Below, in pieces: positions 35,893 to 48,839 of a stretch of 64,000 bases of DNA; the stretch's first letter is position 1; each line of letters opens with the position of its first letter. The notes beneath the pieces were generated by a model. That model searched no databases. It was given only the letters and a program-made list of their open reading frames with translations, and was not told the origin of the DNA. Source of the stretch: Pelomyxa schiedti (taxonomy: Eukaryota; Protista; Evosea); NCBI GenBank assembly GCA_020536535.1, contig JAHLWZ010000424.1, positions 62,001 to 126,000 of the forward strand, written 5' to 3'. Position numbers and translations under genes: made by a program.

Positions 35893-38157
35893 TCATGAAT
35901 CGGTTTTTGAGGAGCCTTTTGAGGGTGGAGAGTGAACTCTGCTTATGATTGCAGAAACTGCACTGGATGCATCTGATGCGGCCGTGGCAGCAGTGGATGG
36001 TACCTTGGACAGCCGGTTGACTATCACCTTGCCTCCCGCAACCAGTTGCCATGACAGCCTCGTTGGAGTGCTTGTGCTTGTGCTTGTGCTTGTGCTTGTG
36101 CTTGTGCTTGTGCTTGTGCTTGTGCTTGTGCTTGTGCTTGTGCTTGTGCTTGCGGAAACGGATGATGTTGGTGTGAGGGTTGATGTTAATGTTGGCTCTT
36201 GTTGTGTTATGATTTCGGTTGGTGTTGGACTTGGTTTGCTGGGGGTTTGTGGGGCTTCGGGTGAGGCTTCAGCTACTGCTGAATTTTGAGGATCGGGGCA
36301 TGAATGGGGTTGTGGCGGTAGTTGTGACTGTGGCTGTGGTGTTTTCAAAAGTTCCTCTGGTTGCAAGAGGGAAATGTATGAAAGAGCGGTCTGAAATGTG
36401 ATAAGAAGGTAACCCTGCTCGTCACATAGGTCTTCCTGCGGGAGGAAATGTTCAATGTATTTGGCACCTAGTTCTTTGAGTGGATATCGAAGTTGTGGTT
36501 TCCATACAACTGGCAGCGTGGATAATGCCTGATTTGAGAAGGACATAAGAAAATAAGGGCAAGAAATCATCAGCACCTCTATAAGGTTGAGGGATGCAGG
36601 AGTAGGGGAGCAGGGTACATTTCCAGTGATGGGCGAGGAGTCCGAGAACTCCAGAAATCGCTTATACAGTGAGAAATACTCTTTCCAACTGTTATTAGAC
36701 ATTGGACTTTCTCCCAAGGGGTCTTACAAGACTCTATTTGTTGCGCTTCTATAGGGAGGTTAAGTATTTGGTATCAAATCACAAGTATTGCAAATGTTCT
36801 GGATTAACACTGACCTTGAATTGCCCGACAATAGGGGACTAAGGCAAAGTGCATTCGCCCCTTTGTACGAGTGAGTGTGAGCACATTTAAAAAAAAACGT
36901 ACTTCACTTAAATGAAACTGAGAGGGAATGTTAAAGTGCGCGGGTGTGATAGATTTGAACAATTTCACTTGTTTCATAAAGTGGTTATCTTCTTCCACAT
37001 ACTACAATGGTTAATCAGTGATGAAACGAGATTCATGTACTTTGGCACAGTAGCGCGGCCACAAAGTGTCATGCAGGCGATAAAAAATTAGTTCTAACAT
37101 CGCGCGCTCGACGAATTCTGGGCATGTTGAGTTCAGTGCACTGTACAAGCCAGATAGAGCAAGTTGCGCCATGTGAGCTTTTTTTTGGAAATGTGAAAAA
37201 CTGTGTCCCTGTAGAAGAGAGACTTGCCACAAGAAGCAGATACAAGGTCAGAGATAGTTGCCGCGTTTTCTACAATGTCAGTGCTAACTGTTGCTGCAAC
37301 GGACACAGATAACTGCGCCAAAGAGGCGGTAAGGGGAGAGAAAAGAGGGTGTTTCTTATTCCTTGTAGTGCTAAGTAAAATATGTGGTGAATATACACAT
37401 ACTGCAAAATTTGTTCAAAGTGATGGATGAAGTCAGATAAGTTAGGAGGGGAATCCTTGGCACATTTTACCCAACTTCGACTCCAGTCTTGCGCCTGTGA
37501 ATTTAAGATACCAAAATCAGATTTGGTGACACACCTCCTTTTCTTCTTTGAACTTTTGCACTTTTTCATGAAGAATTTGAAAGTCATTTCGAATTTCCTA
37601 TCAGGATCTAATTACATAATACAGAAGAGAAGGAATCTTACTGTCCGAAGATTTGGGAGATGTATTTTCGATAATCTCTTGTAGGCATTATATTTTGTTT
37701 CATCAGGCTCCGCGATGGTGGCCCCTTTCCTAGTTCCAGGAGCCAGGGAAGAGAGTCTATGCGCAAGTGGTAATGTTGTCAATTTCTTGGCTGTAGTGTT
37801 ACAGCGTCCTGCAAATCCTGACAACGCCGCAGATACTCCCGATAATCTCCCATTGTGGGTTTCCACAGCAGGACATGTGGGCGTTGCTGTGATTTGCGTC
37901 GAAGTAGTTGTAGGTGTGTCAATTGATGTCTCAGAAGTTAATATTGTTGACAGTGCTTCAGCAGTGGCGTTGCATGTAGATGTCAATTGGAAAACCGAAT
38001 CATTTGTGTAATCTTCATAAACAATAAATGGAGACTCGTAAGTCGAAGCCATTCCATTAATGGAGTAACTTTCTGTTTTATTTGGATTGGTGTTAATGTG
38101 TGTCGGTAATATCTTGATTAGAACCGCACATATTAAACAAAATACTAAAGAAACCAT
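35893..38157 (-). CDS. VPS9-domain Rab guanine nucleotide exchange factor
   Basis: Spliced GADDFLPLFSYVLLKSG...YIEHF...EQGYLLITFQTALSYI, preceded by KTPWEKVQCL; start is 38157 or 38052. Confidence 0.85.
36068..36151. repeat. (GTGCTT)n hexamer microsatellite, ~14 copies, encoding an ST repeat
   Basis: Tandem repeat visible directly; in frame in the VPS9 gene. Confidence 0.95.
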
Positions 38158-38514
38158 TGGTACTATCTGCAGGAGTTACAACTGATGATTTCTTTGTATT
38201 AGTTTCCTCAATGTGTACCGTTCTGTGCCAAAATAACCATTATTTGAAGAAAAGACCAAGTTGGCGTGCACACGGTGCGTCAATTGGGATCTCCGCGTGG
38301 TTTGGTGAACACTATAAAAATAAAAAGATAAGGCGGTGTTTGTTGCTTTCCCCTGGCGAAGGGAAACATAAGATGAGAAATACAACAACGCGCACCATGT
38401 GGTGATTACACGTGGCTCAGACTCTGGCCAAAAAGGCCGTTCAGTAATTTCAACGACTTCAACGCAACTTGAAAAAAGTGATTGCCAATCACTTTTAGCC
38501 GAATTTTTTCTCTG

Positions 38515-39745
38515 ATGATTGGGGCTTTGGCGTGCGGCGCCGTGCTGCCCGCGGGTGGAGTTTTGGGTCCGTGCTATTATGGTTGTAGCACCCATAAGTG
38601 GGTTCATCGTCGGTGCCTCGCCAACGGGTCACACGAGGTTGGTCCTCGCACTGAGCGTCGCCGTCGTCGGGTCGTGTTGGATTTGGATCTGGTGGCGCCT
38701 GGGGAGGCGCGAAATATACAGGGAATTCCGCCCGAGTGGCGGGTGGCGACTTTGCCCAACTTGATGACTGGGATAAGAGCCGCGTGCTGCTACCCGCTTG
38801 CCAGGTGCATTATGGGACGGCGGTATGCTGCTGCAACTGCTATTCTCGGGGCTGCTGCGGCCCTCGATGTGGTGCGTTTTGTAGCGGCGTTATTTGTGAA
38901 GCAATTCTCACTTATGGGTTGTAACGGCATCTGATTCTTTTGTAAGGCAGATGGATTTGTGGCTCGTCATTTTCACCAAACGAGTGCAATTGGCTCAATT
39001 ATGGACCCACTGTATGCTATTTATGGATTACTCTACTCTACTCTACTCTACTCTACTCTACTCTACTCTACTCTACTCTACTCTACTCTACTCTACTCTA
39101 CTCTACTCTACTCTACTCTACTCTACTCTACTCTACTCTACTCTACTCTACTTTACTTGTGTTTTGCTTTTATGATATAGCTTCTTACCTGAAAACCAGA
39201 GCTGACAAAATGCTTATGGTAACAACTGCCTTTTGCTTGTCAAGGAACAATATATTCCCAAGTCTGTCATTCTATGTTGGTCTCAAAGAGATGCTCTGAC
39301 GTGGTTATTAGAGAAACTCACTGCGCTCATTGCAGCACGAGAAGTATCTCTCATATGTGGTGGTGCATTATTAGGGTTGAGGAAAGCAAGGTCCTGCAGA
39401 CAGGGAACCCCTTTGCAACGCCAAGTCATCCGCATCAGGCCAAGCTGGACTGGAAAGGTAATTTCTCACATACAAAAACCACCCAACTGGTTACTTCTGT
39501 TAACAAAGAACAGTTGAGCATGGCACTCCAAGTGCTATTGGGGACTTCAACTTTGATTTCTCAAGCGGCTCCTACCTCTGGTTTAAGACAATACCTTACA
39601 AGGTGCTTGCCATTATTAAGGTACTTGTTCACTTCAGAAAAACCGAAACGGTAATTTCACAACCAGGCTTATGACTGGTGGCAGTGTTCTTTTGAGCTTT
39701 GCGGAGTACTCCAAATTCTTTGTGCAAGAATTACTGGAGATTTAA
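38515..39745 (+). CDS. CDP-alcohol phosphatidyltransferase (CRD1-type cardiolipin synthase or PgsA-like)
   Basis: Spliced TLPNLMTGIR, signature DVADGFVARHFHQTSAIGSIMDPLADK, IAAREV, IRPSWTGKLSMALQ; 5 introns; Arg-rich N-terminal extension. Confidence 0.82.
39031..39150. repeat. (CTCTA)24 pentamer microsatellite in intron 2
   Basis: Perfect tandem repeat; it produces the spurious YSTLL ORFs. Confidence 0.97.
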
Positions 39746-39805
39746 TCGGACAAAACATACTTCCGTTTTTCGCTTCAAACCAACAGTACTGTGTGTCTTG
39801 ACAAG

Positions 39806-40880
39806 TTAAAATTTTTGTTTGTTTTGCAAGTGTTTCTGGAGCACATGATCACGAAGGATCAATTTCATGAAGAAGCATGGTGAAAGAGAACGTTTCTGTG
39901 AAACACTTGCCAATGGGATCCAGACGAGATCACTGGACTTACAGTGTTCTGGTAATTCATTCCCACTTGCAACAAGTTGCGTATACTGGGTGTCTATGTC
40001 GATATCGTGATTCATTTCATACAAGAACATTGCATATCTGCAGGGAGAGTCCATTTGCGAATCCAAGTGAGAGCTGAGAACACAAACCTGGCAGCACCAA
40101 TCCAATAAACTTCTGTGTGGCTCTTAATAGTTCTGTACATCTGCAGCACTATTCCTTCTGGCAACACTCTGCCAGTTTCTTCATGGAATTCCCTCACTGT
40201 CGGAGTTTAAGTGGAAGTGGCAAGGGAGCAATTTCTCCAACCTGCAGTATGTACCACATTAGCATCTGCTTCAGAAACTTTTCCTCCAATAAAGTTCATT
40301 TCCATCTTACCGCCTGATTTCCTCTTTTCCACACAGACCACTGCGACTTGTTAACACCCAACCATAACAAAGGTAAAATTTATTTACATGATTAAGCATA
40401 TTAGTGAGTTATAAGGTTTTTTTCCCGTTCTGGACCACCATGCTATTTTATTTTAATGCCCACACTTGTAAAAATAGTATAAAAATCAAATAAAAGAAAC
40501 ACACAGCACACTACTTTTCCAGTTGAGGGATCAATCCTCCATGGCAAAACTCCAGCAGCCTTGCACTCCCATAATTCCCTCTCCCCCAGTTCACTTGCCA
40601 AGTACTTCGCCCCTCCCTCGCCACCAGGCTCATCGCCGTTTGGGGCGCGGCTGAACGCGACCAACTTGGACTCCCAGTGGGGCACCACCACGTGCAAAAG
40701 GTGGCACGCATCGGCTGAAGGGCACGACCCGTCGAGGTAACCCGAGCACACCTTAGGCGGCGGGGCCACCGGCTCCGCCTTATGGGATGCACCCTTTTTG
40801 TTCCCACAATGTTTGCCCCTGCTGAGACCGCACGACGACGGCAACAAAGCGTAGTACTCAACGAGTCTGCCCCAGTCCAT
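39806..40880 (-). CDS. CCCH zinc finger + Nudix hydrolase
   Basis: CSGYLDGSCPSADACHLLH; AAGVLPWR; FIGGK...VREFHEETG Nudix box across introns. Confidence 0.78.
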
Positions 40881-41012
40881 AAAGTTAAAAAAAACGAACA
40901 GGAATTCCGTTACGCGAAAGCCATTTTTATACACTTGGGTAAAGTCGAGCGTGGTGTGGCTGAATACGATGCGTGATATTAGACTGCCGAGAATGAAGAC
41001 AAGTACTTCCAG

Positions 41013-41786
41013 ATGTCGGCGGAACGTTCGGGCACGGCTGAGTGCGATTGGTCCGGAAGTTCAACGTACGTGACTGGCCAGCCACATTTCTCCAGGTCCT
41101 CTTTAGTCTTGAGGCACTTTCTCAGATTGACATCTAATGGGAAATGTTATGTTGTGTTGGATGGCTTATTAACCCCTCGACACACAGGTAGAGTAATACC
41201 TTGGGTGCCGGAAATGAGCAGAGTGGGAGTTTTGTGTGCCGCGTTGGTTAACTTTTGGTTCCACTGGGGTCCGCAGTGATTCCACTCTGGTGCTGGGTGG
41301 CCCCATATATGACATTTGCGTCCTCCCATTATGTTACATACAGCAGCAAACCGATTGGAATGCAATACAAGTTCGGAAACAAACATTCCTCCTGTAGACC
41401 ACCCTAGAGGCTATCAATCAATTGGTAGTAAAAATTGGAGTGTGAGATATTGCTCAATAAAGAATAAAGAAATAGAATGGTTGTGGGTTTGTAATACCGC
41501 ATGCATATATCCTTTGGGGATCCACGGAATACTGATCAATGATGGCATCCAGCACAGTATCTACATACTCAATATCTGGCAGTAAAATGATTAGTAAGAA
41601 CACGTGGGCAAAACATTCCTACCTTCTGCTGGTTTCCAATTTGCCTGAATATCCGAGTTGTGCAGTTTTAGCGGGTCCACAAGCAAGTGCTGTGACTTGC
41701 ACAACACGGTAACAAATCCATTCAAAGACGAAGTAGTCTGCCATGCTTCTACGTTATCCCAGAGTGCAGAGTGCAGAGGGTTCCTA
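41013..41786 (+). CDS. Small hypothetical multi-exon protein
   Basis: Exon-like blocks between GT-AG introns (WLINPSTHTEWEFCVPRW...); no recognisable family; boundaries uncertain. Confidence 0.35.
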
Positions 41787-42785
41787 GTGCCAATTAAGTC
41801 CCAATGCGCTGGCAATGGCTAGACTCACAGTTCGTTGTTAGCATGAAACAACAGAACAGCAGGCCTCAGTGTCTCGCTGCGTTTTTCCTCTTCGGTTCTT
41901 CCTTTAACAAAATGGCATGAGATACGGAAATGGTTGCGCGTTGCCAGGAATTAGACGTCGGTACAGTACCGTAAGTTGGCCTGTCCAGAGGTCTCGGCAC
42001 AAACACAAAGAATTCACGGTTTCCACTTGGAGAAATGCACCAGCGGCACACAGCCCTCATCATCCTACGTAATCCTGAAGGGGTCCTGCTCAACAAGGCC
42101 AATTTTGCACAACATAATGCAGTGAGCCTCCACACTATCCCAGTCGCACGTGAAATGACAAGGTCGAAAGCAAGTGAGGCCACCAACGATGCAACTAGAG
42201 CCACAATGCCGAAAATGTATCCCATAATTCTCCTCAGTCTGCCGGGGTAGTGCCGCACCAGCCTCGCCCTCCTGCAGGCACCAAACCTGTGGCTAAACAC
42301 AATGCCCAGAGGATACTGCCATGTCCCATAATGACCTGCGGTTTCGACCGTGTCAGAGACGGGGGAAAAAAACGAAGCACCAACGAACCTATGGTTGCAA
42401 ACGATCGCCTTTGTTGTGGAGAAAAAACACCATTGTTTGGGCTTCTCATGTTCAGCGACAGCATCAAGGAAACCCACTTAGCTTAGAAAATGATTTTGAA
42501 CTGATGGGACGACCCTTCGAGGGGTCAAGAAAGGCCATCAATGTGCAAGAGAATTCCCTGTGGGTTTCCAGAGTGGAAACAAACGTCCTGAAGGGCCCCA
42601 ATTCTGGGAGTGCAGGTTTCGTTTTTAAAGCAATTTTGGGCCCAAAATTTGCACCCTCTTCGATGAACCTGTCGTGAATTGCAAACAGAAGCGATGGAAG
42701 CCATTCCCGGGAACTGCTGTCACTCTGTCGATTTTTAAAGGGTCGGAAGTTCGCCACCCATCATTTCTCGATAAAGAATCGATTG

Positions 42786-44345
42786 ATGTCGTGGCTTGTT
42801 CAGCGCATCAATTCCGCCATCTTTCCACCACCGTCGGTAACGAGTACAGCAGCCGGGCCATGCGGCGCCCCCTCAGATCTACGCGACCCAGCGAAGATCC
42901 TCGGTGTGGATCTCTTGGTTCTCATTCTGCGGTTTCTGGACCGTGACTCGCTTGTGTGCGCCACTGCGGTTTCAAGGACTTGGCACACTTGTTTTCTAGT
43001 TCCTACTGACGCACTTACGCCCAGAATAACGATTCCTACTCTTGCAGTATGGTACGAACTTGTTGCTTTACTTAGAGCTCTTATATTATGCCACAAAGTA
43101 AACCTGAACTCGCTGCCGTGGAAGGGCCCTTTACGGAGCCGAATGGCGCACAAATTGCTCGCACGTTAGCTGCGGCTGACCAGTGGCGTGTTTGGATAAG
43201 GGATGTATTCAAGGATGGCCGCGGCTCTTCCCTTACACCCAAGCAAACTGGTACTTGCGCCTTCTCTCATAAAAGGACAACAAGTTAAGTTCAACAGAAA
43301 TTATCAGTGAGGCGTGTTATTCTGGGATACCAATGTGTATACGCTATCGTGCATGGCCTGTGATAAGCGGCGCCTACTCGTCGGCAGGGTACACTTCGTC
43401 TTTTTACCAGGCAAGTATTCCTGAGCTTCCTCTTCCCTTATGCAACTATCAGAATCTCGATGTTGCGCAATGCCCCGCTGAGCAGAGACATTATCTTGAC
43501 CTCGACGGACCTCGCCTTGTTTATGATGACGAACAAGGAATGGAGATCTGGAAGTCCATTCTTAGTCACTACATAGTTGCAAATCCTGCTGAAGGCTATT
43601 CTTGTTGTGGGCCTGGCCCAATTACAGCATTTTTACTTCAATTTCTGGAAGAGGAGGTAAGGCAACCGCCTTAACTGCCTATTAACCCACCACAACAAGC
43701 CTTGCTTTTGGGTGCTCACAGAGTTAAAGCATGGCCCAAAATTCTGTTGATAACACTTCAATATCCCACTGCTAACCAAAAAAAAAAAAAAACAGCTTCA
43801 GCTGACGGCTTATGTACGGATAAAGATAGGCTTGGACAGTCAGCAGAGTTGATATCTTTCATTATCTCCTCTCTCGATAAAGCACTGTACAACCGTTTGG
43901 TACCAATTTAGAAACACAAGTAGCATACAGTAATCAAACTACAGGAGGAGTCCGGTTTCCACTTCTCACTTGTGGCCTCCTGGTTGGCACCTCACATTCA
44001 CTACCCATTGACCAATCCATTTTAGGATTGCTACCCTAGGAACAAGGACGTTGGCTCGCCGATGTTGCGCCCGATTCTTTGACTGCCTACTTCTCTTTGG
44101 GCTTGACTTCTTCTACACCGCAGCGTTTGCAGTTTTCCAAATAAAGAGAGGTATGTTCTCTTACTGACCTCCAGTTGCTGATGTGTTTCATAGATGAAGT
44201 ATTTGCATGTACAACATGGGAAACCATTGTCACTATTTTCATGAGGAATCCCGTAGTAACTGATTCACAACAAGATGAATTCATGGCCATGTGCAAAAAG
44301 CACAGAGGCGCAGTGCAAAAAATTGTACAATCACGAAAGCACTGA
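42786..44345 (+). CDS. F-box + TBC (Rab-GAP-like) domain protein
   Basis: F-box-like DPAKILGVDLLVLILRFLDRDSLVCATAVSRTW; TBC motifs GIPMCIRYRAWPVISG, LDLDGPR, EGYSCCGPGPITAFLL. Confidence 0.72.
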
Positions 44346-44401
44346 GGCAAAAGGGGAAAAATTCACAATAAACTTTTTTTAGAAACAAAAACAAAACCTT
44401 C

Positions 44402-45509
44402 TTAACAACATCCATCCTTCTCTGCTGGGGCTGTGTTGGAGCCAATTACAATTCCGCCGTCGTCACCAGGATCTTCCACTTGTGAAGCTTGTTTTAGTGC
44501 TTGTCTGGATTGTTGAGTACAAATGGTCAGTGGAATCCCGAAAAAGTGTTACTTGTAAAGTAGGTAAAATACCCTAGAAGGAGCATCGAGGCGTCATCAA
44601 TTCCGCGAGGGACTTTGGCTGATGTTGGTCTCCTAAATTCCAGGATTAGGAAGAAGACAATAAGAAAAGTGCTATACCATCCAACAAAGTGATACTCATT
44701 GACGTATTGATCAAGTTCTTCTTTTGTCACACAGTAAGTCTTTTCCCACACATCACTATCACACTACAAAATTAGTCAGATTGGGCTTTTGGGTTCTATG
44801 GGTACCTTATTGGCAATTAATACAACAGGAATAGGTGCTCCATCAGGACCCAGAACCTAACTCGCAATTAAATTAATGAAAAAAAAGAAAATCCTCGAAC
44901 TTTTGAGTCAATATCTTCTTTCCAGTTTTTGACTGTGGTGAATGTGCCAAGTCTTGTTATGTCGAAACTTACGAAGCGTCAAAAGGAAACAAAAAACCCA
45001 AGTACTTACACAATAAAGGCGGCAGAAGCTTCCTTATAATAAACCCGAGTCATATTTCCAAATCTTTCTTGTCCTACATAAATGTTAAGACCGAACTGAA
45101 GACACAACACTACGCGAAACCTGCAATGTCCCAGAGCTGAAGAGGGATTAGTTGTACAAAAAAAAAAATGTTAAGAGAACATACTTGCAGTCTCACAAGC
45201 GTCTCAGCGTCCCATTTCAGAACTTTTAAAGAAAAGTCGACTCCAACCTGTCACGTGTGAGCACAACATTAAAAAGAACGCTAAACAACTCACAGTTGTT
45301 TTATATTGATCGCTGAAGCAATCATAAACTGTAAAAAACAAATGGTGAGCAAGAGAGATGCCAAGCAAAACATGCTGATTTTTTTCTCACTGACCGTATC
45401 GACTAATGATGCTAGTTTTTCCAGTGCCCATGTCGCCAACAACGAGCACCTTTAGAAGGTGTTCGGTCATCTTGGGCCCGGATTCCGCTGCTGCGGTACT
45501 ACTGGCCAT
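44402..45509 (-). CDS. RAB32: Rab32/38-family small GTPase
   Basis: GDMGTGKTS, VGVDFSLK, family-diagnostic WDIAGQERFGNMTRVYYKEA, ANKCD, TSAK, terminal CC; includes a 16-nt exon at 45121-45136. Confidence 0.92.
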
Positions 45510-45773
45510 TATCCACAATTCAATCACGATTTTCGAAATTCGTTTCTTTTATTTTCCCCCCTTTTTTCTTTTTCGTCTCCCTTTTCGCGATAGATCGTAG
45601 GACTTTTCTTCAACTTTACTCGGCGAATGACCAATCTGACAAAATAAAGGTGGCACTTGGAACAAACACGACTTGTAGAAAATAGAAGTTTATGTCTCGT
45701 GAGGCTTGGGTATTAGTATACTATTCGACGCAGGAAAGCTTAGAAAAATCTTCATATCTCCATGTACATATGC

Positions 45774-46315
45774 TCAAAGGTACATGGTTACATCTGGATT
45801 CCAATGAAATTGGTCAACATTTGAGGATGTGACTTGGTGGCTCTCAATTGGCTTTCCTGTGGAAGTTTCCACCAATTCCGCAACTTGTGCGCCCCAATCA
45901 TTCAAAGCCTCTATTCAAAAAAAGTGAGTTCAATGTTGTAGTGAAGATATGTTGTGTACTTCCACTTTTCATGAAATCCACGATTTCTTGGATAGCACTA
46001 TTCTGCCCAGACAGGGTGAATGTCACCTAAAGAAGTTATTTCAGAAACACATTTGTTGCCAAACCCAGTTCTCAGTAATCATATTCTAATGACCTCGTTC
46101 TTGTTCTGTGCACTGTTGCTTGCCCCAGCCTTCAGCCCCCTCTTTCCAGCGCCTCTCAGTAATGTCTTGTTTCTTTCTTTTAGTATTCTGCACTAGTACC
46201 CAACAAAAAAACCACCCAACCAAAACAAGGTTTACAGTAGTAAGTTACTCACTTGTCTGAACATCACTGCTTGTACTTTTCCACACACTGTGAAGTACCT
46301 CGTGGTGGTTGACAT
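45774..46315 (-). CDS. Acylphosphatase-like protein
   Basis: YFTVCGKVQAVMFRQ resembles the G.VQGV.FR motif, followed by RGLKAGASN; spliced to ...WNPDVTMYL stop. Confidence 0.75.
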
Positions 46316-46405
46316 TGGGTTACTGTCAATTGATGGGTTTTTTCTTTTTCAAAACAGAAACATCTGACAAAAATCGGGAATTTGTTCAAAACGGAAGGGA
46401 AAACT

Positions 46406-47199
46406 TTATTTTGTTTGGAAGAAAGAGTTGCCTGTTCCTCTTGGGGGTTCTTTGGTGTGTTAGGGAGTCACTGATAGGCGGGGAGATTTAACCTGTGCCA
46501 AAGATTTTCTGAATGCTGGAGCGGAGTGCCATTGAGCACAAAATGTAGAGAAAGACGGCACTGCAGTCAGTGAAGTCAGAGAATGGTAAACCTCGGTGGG
46601 TGATGTTTTTAAGGAATCCAAATGGCACAAAAGGTAATTTGGCCACAGGTCTTCCCTCGCAGCTGTGTTTGTTGTTACATAATAAAAGAGTATGCTCCGG
46701 CGTACAATGAATTCAAAGTGGGCACAATAGTTATCATAGAAATACCCACGGCTACAAGAGACTTCATTCTACACAGGGAAATATCTCTGTTTGCAGTTTT
46801 AAGGTCTTCTTCCAGTGTGTCTATTTTCTTTTTGACAGAGCGCTTAGACGTGGCCGCGCCTGGTCCTTCCTTCATCTTATCGACTGAAAGAAACAATCCA
46901 GCATTAATGCACGAGGTATAAATATACTCATACTTGGTTACAAAAGGAAAAGAACACACGTTTTTGTGTGAGCTTCTCTATGTTTTCTTTAAGGTGACGA
47001 TAATTCTCAGTCCTGTACACGAGAAGCCAAGCCAGTCCTGAGAAACTGTTACACGTTACAAACCCAAACAAAAATATCCCACAAGGGCAAAAGAGTAGCG
47101 AGAAGAATTGAGTCTAAATAAATTACCTTCGGCCACACATGCACTCGTAAGTGCAAAGGCGATGACGATGACCACGTCGACAAGGGAAATGCTCACCAT
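46406..47199 (-). CDS. TMCO1: TMCO1 (Oxa1-superfamily ER insertase component)
   Basis: EGLAWLLVYRTENY, coiled coil, RMKSLVAVG, EGRPVAKLPFVP, HRGL..DFTDCS.VFLYILCSM..R..IQKIFG. Confidence 0.93.
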
Positions 47200-47485
47200 T
47201 TGATGAAGAACTTCGGCAGATTAGTAAAAGAAAGAAAAGAAAAGCCCGGAAGACTTTTTCAGTGCAGGGGTAACTGATGGGATTGAATCTCTTCAGTACC
47301 GACTCTGTGAAGCTAATATGTGTACATCTGGAGATTGTGTGAGGCTTCAGACTCCTAATCTTGAGAAGCAGGTCAACAAGTGGCTCATCGAAAGTCAAAG
47401 ACAACACGCGTGAAATATTTTCTCGTCTTTTTTTTTAATTTTTTTCCTCTTGTTCTCGGCATAACAAGGAAGCAGAGGGACGGTG

Positions 47486-48583
47486 ATGAAGGCCACATTT
47501 TTACTTGGTGTGTTGATCAGCCAACTCAACTCAGTTGTGTGAGATGCTGTTCTAATGCCTCTTTTCTTTCTTCTTCTTTTCCACAACAAAAAACAGCTTT
47601 GTGCGTGGTTGCACTGTGTGGAGCTGCTAAGGACAAACAGTCAAAACCAGAAATCATTATTCGTGGCAACGATGATATCGCCACTGCAATGATTTTCCCT
47701 GATCAGCCCGATCAAGGTGGTTTTTTTTTTTTTTTTTTTTTTTTTCGGAAATGCTGTGCCCCTAACAAATATTATATTAACTCTTACATGTTTAGTTTTC
47801 GTTGCCGGTGAGCCTGTAAACTTACTGGTGGGCGTTAGGAACCTTGGGAAGAATCCCATTACATTACTATCTCTTGCAGCGTCTCTTCATCATCCGTTCA
47901 ACTTCAAGTACATATTTCAAAATGTATCACCCTCTTTACAGTCCTCGAGCCAATGTGTGCTAACTTATCAAAGTACACAAGACAAAATTTTGCTGGCGTC
48001 GTTGTGGAACCAGCTGAAGAGGCTTCACTATCCTACTCCTTCACCCCCGATGCCATGCTTGAAGCTCGTGCTTTCAATCTTTTTGTGGACCTTCGACTCT
48101 TTGATGCTGTATGTTGCAATCTATCTTGCTTCTCAACTCAGTAACAAATCAATACACAAACCTCAAGAAAGCAAACTATAGCGTCACCGTTTATAACACC
48201 ACTCTTGAAATCGCGGAACCCCCAAGTCTTATGAATTTGCAGACGTATGACCCTTTTTTTTCTCCTTTCATTTCCAGTGACCATTTGTAGTCTGTTTGTA
48301 TACCTTGCAGGACTTTCCATTGCCGGCTTGGTTGCCTTTGTAGGGTACAACATCTTCAAGAAACTCCAACAGGTACCACAACAAACACAAAATCTCCCCA
48401 CACTCATTCCACTCCACTCCATTTCATTTCTCCCCAATAAACAAACGAACTGAACACTGTCAATAGGGCACACCCACAAAAGCCGCACACGCCAAGAAAC
48501 CCACTTCTGCTCGACACGAGTGGCTTTCTGGGACATCAGCAGCCTCCCACTTCCAAGCACGGAAGAGCACAAAGAAGCATTAA
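47486..48583 (+). CDS. SSR1: Translocon-associated protein alpha (TRAP-alpha)
   Basis: Signal peptide, AGEPVNLLVGVRN, YIFQNYT, VEPAEEASLSYSFTP, TVYNTTLEIAEP, single TM, HEWL tail. Confidence 0.85.
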
Positions 48584-48839
48584 CAGATTCTCCTTTGATA
48601 AAAAGAAGGAAGCCACTTTTAATTTTGTGCACTGTAATCCCCCTTGGAAAAAGCCCCTTAATTTTGGGCACATACTATTTTTCATTTCATGTTGGTCACC
48701 ACCCAGCACTAAGTTTTTTCTTTCAATTCAAATAATCCGGGGACTGTGAAACTGGGTTCCTGGTGCCAACATGCCAAACGAAAAAAAAAAAAAGTACCGT
48801 AGATCCGTTTCCGGTACCATCATTTTTTTTATTTTTTTT

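Noticed and set aside
38951-39180. ORFs with YSTLL repeats; possible CRISPR-like or telomeric array
   Set aside because: Simple intronic (CTCTA)n microsatellite with no spacers.
41866-42477. 203-aa minus-strand ORF with a hydrophobic stretch
   Set aside because: No recognisable domain or consistent splice model; could be a small gene but cannot be supported.
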